A program made the translations under genes and the position numbers. Below, one piece after another: positions 61,230 to 64,000 of a stretch of 64,000 nucleotides of DNA. How positions within the stretch are numbered: position 1 is the first letter of the stretch; each line of letters opens with the position of its first letter. Source of the DNA: Desulfovibrionaceae bacterium (lineage in GTDB: Bacteria; Desulfobacterota; Desulfovibrionia; Desulfovibrionales; Desulfovibrionaceae). The stretch is taken from positions 4,231 through 68,230 of the forward strand of contig JAWRKD010000130.1 of the NCBI GenBank assembly GCA_040307135.1. The letters run 5' to 3'. Below the pieces are notes generated by a model. It was not told where the DNA came from, ran no database searches, and saw nothing but the letters and a program-made list of their open reading frames with translations.

Positions 61230-62756
61230 ATGCGACACCTGCACACGGAACTGACCCCGGGCAAGGCCGCGCCCCTGGCCGCGGTGCCGCTCCTGGCACC
61301 CGAGACCTTCGCCCTCTGGCTGGCCCACGAGACCCAGGCGGGCTGCCGCCTGGCCTCGCTCTTCGGGCACGCGGCCGGAGACGCCCTGCGCCTTTTCGCC
61401 GTGGTGGCCGAAGACGGCCGGGGCCTGCTCAAGGCCTCCAGCGCGGAGGTCCGGGAAGGGGTCTTCCCCTCGGTGACGCCCGCCTGCCCCCAGGCCCACC
61501 TCTTCGAGCGCGAGATCGCCGAGCAGTTCGGGGTCACGCCCCAGGGCCATCCCTGGCTCAAGCCCGTGCGCTTCGTGCGTCCGCTGCGCGACTTCGGCAA
61601 GGGCCCGGAGTTCACCCGCCAGACCCCGCGCGTGGGCGAGATGGAGTTCTTCCGCGTGGAGGGCGAGGCCGTGCACGAGGTGGCCGTGGGGCCGGTGCAC
61701 GCCGGAGTCATCGAGCCCGGACATTTCCGCTTCCAGTGCCGGGGCGAGACCGTGCTTCACCTGGAAATATCCCTGGGCTACCAGCACCGGGGCGTGGAGG
61801 CCGCGCTCCAGGCCGGGCCCCTGGCCCAGGGCCTGCACCTGGCCGAGACCCTGGCCGGGGACACCACCATCGGCCACGGCTGGGCCTATTGCGCGGTCCT
61901 GGAGGGCCTGGCCGGCATCACGCCGCCGCCGCGGGCCCTGATCCTGCGCGCCGTGCTCCTGGAGCTGGAGCGGCTGGCCAACCACACCGGCGACCTGGGC
62001 GCCCTGGCCGGGGACGTGGGCTTCCTGCCCACCATGTCCTTCTGCGGCCGCCTGCGCGGCGACTGGCTCAACCTCTCGGCCCTGTTCTGCGGCAGCCGCT
62101 TCGGCCGGGGCCTGCTCCTGCCGGGCGGGGTGCGCTTCGAGGCCGACGCCGCGCTCCTGGCCGAGGCCCGGCAGCGCCTGGAGGCCATCTTCACCGACAC
62201 CCGGGGGGCCGTGGAGCTGCTCTTCGCCGCGCCCTCCGTACTGGCCCGCTTCGAAGGCACGGGCACGGTGAGCGCCCAGGCCGCCCGCGACCTGGGACTG
62301 GTGGGGCCGGCGGCCCGGGCCTGCGGCCTGGCCCTGGACGACCGCGCGCATTTCGCCCAGGCCCCCTACGACCGCCTGGCCGTGCCCATGGCCCTGCACG
62401 AGACCGGCGACGTGTACGCCCGCGCCCGGGTGCGCTGGCTGGAGATCCAGAATTCCGTGGCCTTCATCCGTCAGGCCCTGGATCTGCTGGAGGCCGAACA
62501 GGGCCCCCTCCGCGCCGGCCCCCTGCCCGCCCTGGCCCCGGACTCCCTGTGCGTTTCCCTGGCGGAGGCCTGGCGCGGCGAGGTCTGCCACGCGGCCCTC
62601 ACCGGCCCGGACGGCCGCCTGGTGCGCTACAAGGTCACGGACCCCTCGTTCCACAACTGGTCCGGCCTGGCCCTGGCCTTGCGCAACCAGCAGATTTCGG
62701 ACTTCCCGCTCTGCAACAAGAGCTTCAACCTATCCTACTGCGGGTTCGACCTCTAG
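61230..62756 (+). CDS. NuoC-NuoD/HycE-like 'large subunit' lacking the NiFe-ligating cysteine pairs
   Basis: ATG at 61230; 508 aa. The NuoC-like N-terminus reads AHLFEREIAEQFGVTPQGHPWLKP. The HycE-like core reads VGPVHAGVIEPGHFRFQC.GETVLHLEISLGYQHRGVE. The expected N-terminal CxxC site reads ETLAGDTTIGH, and the C-terminal DPCxxC site reads SFNLSYCGFDL. Confidence 0.85.
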   Translation: MRHLHTELTPGKAAPLAAVPLLAPETFALWLAHETQAGCRLASLFGHAAGDALRLFAVVAEDGRGLLKASSAEVREGVFPSVTPACPQAHLFEREIAEQFGVTPQGHPWLKPVRFVRPLRDFGKGPEFTRQTPRVGEMEFFRVEGEAVHEVAVGPVHAGVIEPGHFRFQCRGETVLHLEISLGYQHRGVEAALQAGPLAQGLHLAETLAGDTTIGHGWAYCAVLEGLAGITPPPRALILRAVLLELERLANHTGDLGALAGDVGFLPTMSFCGRLRGDWLNLSALFCGSRFGRGLLLPGGVRFEADAALLAEARQRLEAIFTDTRGAVELLFAAPSVLARFEGTGTVSAQAARDLGLVGPAARACGLALDDRAHFAQAPYDRLAVPMALHETGDVYARARVRWLEIQNSVAFIRQALDLLEAEQGPLRAGPLPALAPDSLCVSLAEAWRGEVCHAALTGPDGRLVRYKVTDPSFHNWSGLALALRNQQISDFPLCNKSFNLSYCGFDL

Positions 62757-62765
62757 GAGCCGCCC

Positions 62766-63515
62766 ATGTTCGCCGCCATCCGCCAGCGCATCCTCCAGAA
62801 GCAACGGACCGTGGGCTTTCCGGCCAAGCCGCCGGTGCTGCCCGCGCGCTTCCGGGGGCGGCCCGAACTCCATGCGGAACGTTGCGTCCAGGGCTGCGCA
62901 GCCTGTCTGGAGGTCTGCCCCACCGGGGCCCTGAGCCTGACCCCCCTGCGCCTGGACCTGGGCCGCTGCACCTTCTGCGGCCGTTGCGCCGAGGCCTGCC
63001 CGGCCGGGGCCCTGGCCTTCACCCGGGACTACGCCCTGGCCGCGCGCAGGCGCGAGGACCTGCTCCTGGAAAACGGGGCCATGCGCCTAGCCGAGGCCCT
63101 GGACGCCCGCAGCCGGAAGCTGTTCGGCCGCTCCCTCAAGCTCCGCCAGGTGAGCGCGGGCGGCTGCAACGCCTGCGAGGCCGACGTGAACGTGCTGACC
63201 ACCGTGGTCTTCGACCTGGGCCGCTTCGGCATCGACTTCGTGGCCTCGCCGCGCCACGCCGACGGCCTCTACGTCACCGGCCCCGTGCCCGAGAACATGC
63301 GCCAGGGCCTGCTCGAGACCTGGCGCGCCCTGCCCGAGCCCCGGCTGTGCATCGCGGCCGGGGCCTGCGCCATCTCCGGCGGCCTGTTCCGGGAGCTCCA
63401 GCCCGGCCAGACCGGCACGGGCGGCCATCTGCCCGTGGACCTTTTCATCCCGGGCTGCCCGCCCCACCCCATCACCGCCCTGCACGGCATGCTCCGGCTC
63501 CTGGGCCGGATCTGA
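62766..63515 (+). CDS. Fusion of a 2x[4Fe-4S] ferredoxin (HycF/NuoI-like) domain and a NuoB/HycG-like small subunit
   Basis: 249 aa. The N-terminus has CVQGCAACLEVCP and CTFCGRCAEACP. The C-terminus has SAGGCNACEAD...ASPRHADGLYVTGP...GACAISGG...IPGCPPHP (NuoB-type cluster ligands). Confidence 0.85.
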   Translation: MFAAIRQRILQKQRTVGFPAKPPVLPARFRGRPELHAERCVQGCAACLEVCPTGALSLTPLRLDLGRCTFCGRCAEACPAGALAFTRDYALAARRREDLLLENGAMRLAEALDARSRKLFGRSLKLRQVSAGGCNACEADVNVLTTVVFDLGRFGIDFVASPRHADGLYVTGPVPENMRQGLLETWRALPEPRLCIAAGACAISGGLFRELQPGQTGTGGHLPVDLFIPGCPPHPITALHGMLRLLGRI

Positions 63516-63783
63516 GCCCTTCCCCGCTTTTCGCCTGCGGAAACAAGCCCCTGGCGGTTCTTTGCGCCAGGGGGAACGCCCGCCCGCAAACCCCGGCCCG
63601 GCCCGCCCCTGCCCGGATCCTGCCCCGGAGTCCCGGGATGAAGAGATGACAAGCTCCCGCGACAACCTGTTTTTGCCGTTTACTCCTGCGCAAATGCTAT
63701 GTACTGTATGATCAATATCACGCGGCAGGCATCCGTCGGCCGCGCAGGCGCAGCCGCGCCCAGCTTCCCTGGCGGGAGACCCC

Positions 63784-64000
63784 ATGGAGATAAAGGAACT
63801 CGGACGGACTCCCATTCCCGGGACCGCCCCTGCAGGGCAGGACCCGCGCTACGAGCCCGAGTTCGAGCAACTCCAGGCCGAAATCGAAAAACTTTCCTCG
63901 GTGAGCGCTGGGGGGGTGGCCGACTGGCCCCGCATCGTGGATCTGGCCTCGCAGGTGCTCTCGACCAAGGCCAAGGACCTCACCGCCGCGGCCTACCTGG
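63784..64000 (+). CDS. tssA: Type VI secretion TssA/ImpA N-terminal domain protein (5' part only)
   Basis: ATG at 63784. MEIKELGRTPIPGTAPAGQDPRYEPEFEQLQAEIEKLSSV..ADWPRIVDLASQVLSTKAKDLTAAAYL matches the ImpA_N pattern (PI....G.D.RY.P.F..L..EI.......DW..V......L...SKDL..A.YL). It runs off the window end. Confidence 0.7.
   Translation, partial: MEIKELGRTPIPGTAPAGQDPRYEPEFEQLQAEIEKLSSVSAGGVADWPRIVDLASQVLSTKAKDLTAAAYL

Noticed and set aside
63548-63573. Hairpin CCCCTGGCG-N8-CGCCAGGGG after the last hydrogenase-like gene
   Set aside because: It could be the operon terminator, but it has no U-tract on either strand, so I did not call it as a feature.

Overview
This is a high-GC bacterial chromosome segment. 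Gene content and order suggest a Desulfovibrionales-type sulfate reducer; that assignment is inference, not a database result. I support about 58 protein-coding genes. I saw no rRNA, tRNA, CRISPR array or IS/transposase.

Most of the very long ORFs in the supplied track are out-of-frame or antisense artefacts of the GC content. Real genes were picked by recognisable protein families, GC-rich third codon positions, ribosome-binding sites (RBS) and start/stop overlaps between neighbouring genes.

Layout:
- 1-5 kb: solute-binding protein, TPR protein, Mut7-C nuclease-like protein, pgm, MarR.
- 5.1-16.5 kb, minus strand: a 12-gene aromatic amino acid supraoperon (archaeal-type ADH synthase, DHQ synthase II, pheA, aroA, tyrA, trpEGDCFBA).
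- 17-18.8 kb: amtB-glnK behind a sigma-54 promoter.
- 18.9-21.4 kb: metK, panD, panC.
- 21.5-34.9 kb: degenerate GGDEF proteins, nitroreductase, prepilin peptidase, PaaK-like ligase, BNR protein, STAS protein, DsbA-like protein, cls, PLC-like protein, MFS transporter.
- 34.9-39.5 kb, minus strand: OmpR-type regulator, TonB-dependent receptor, YfiR-like protein, histidine kinase.
- 39.8-48.8 kb: flagellin, an AT-rich ECF-like sigma factor gene, then flgD-flgE-flgK-flgL-fliD.
- 48.9-51.1 kb, minus strand: a TauE-family operon with small proteins.
- 51.3-56.2 kb: a Lon protease with an inserted receiver domain, a histidine kinase and a sigma-54 activator.
- 56.2-63.5 kb: a six-gene group-4-hydrogenase-like membrane complex whose catalytic subunit lacks the NiFe cysteine ligands.
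- 63.8 kb to the window end: start of a TssA/ImpA (type VI secretion) gene.

Main hunt results:
1. A Lon protease with no N-terminal substrate domain and a receiver domain inserted just before Walker A. It is start/stop-coupled to a kinase and a sigma-54 activator whose receiver is a close paralog.
2. The adjacent Ehr-like (hydrogenase-related, cysteine-less) energy-converting complex.
3. Two stacked attenuators in the aromatic supraoperon: an unlisted 30-codon FFYGYWYYW leader peptide, and a Trp-Trp-Trp run in the C-terminal tail of TyrA directly before a terminator in front of trpE.
4. A compositionally anomalous ECF-type sigma factor gene overlapping the flgD start.

All coordinates and motifs were read by eye from the sequence. 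No homology search was run.
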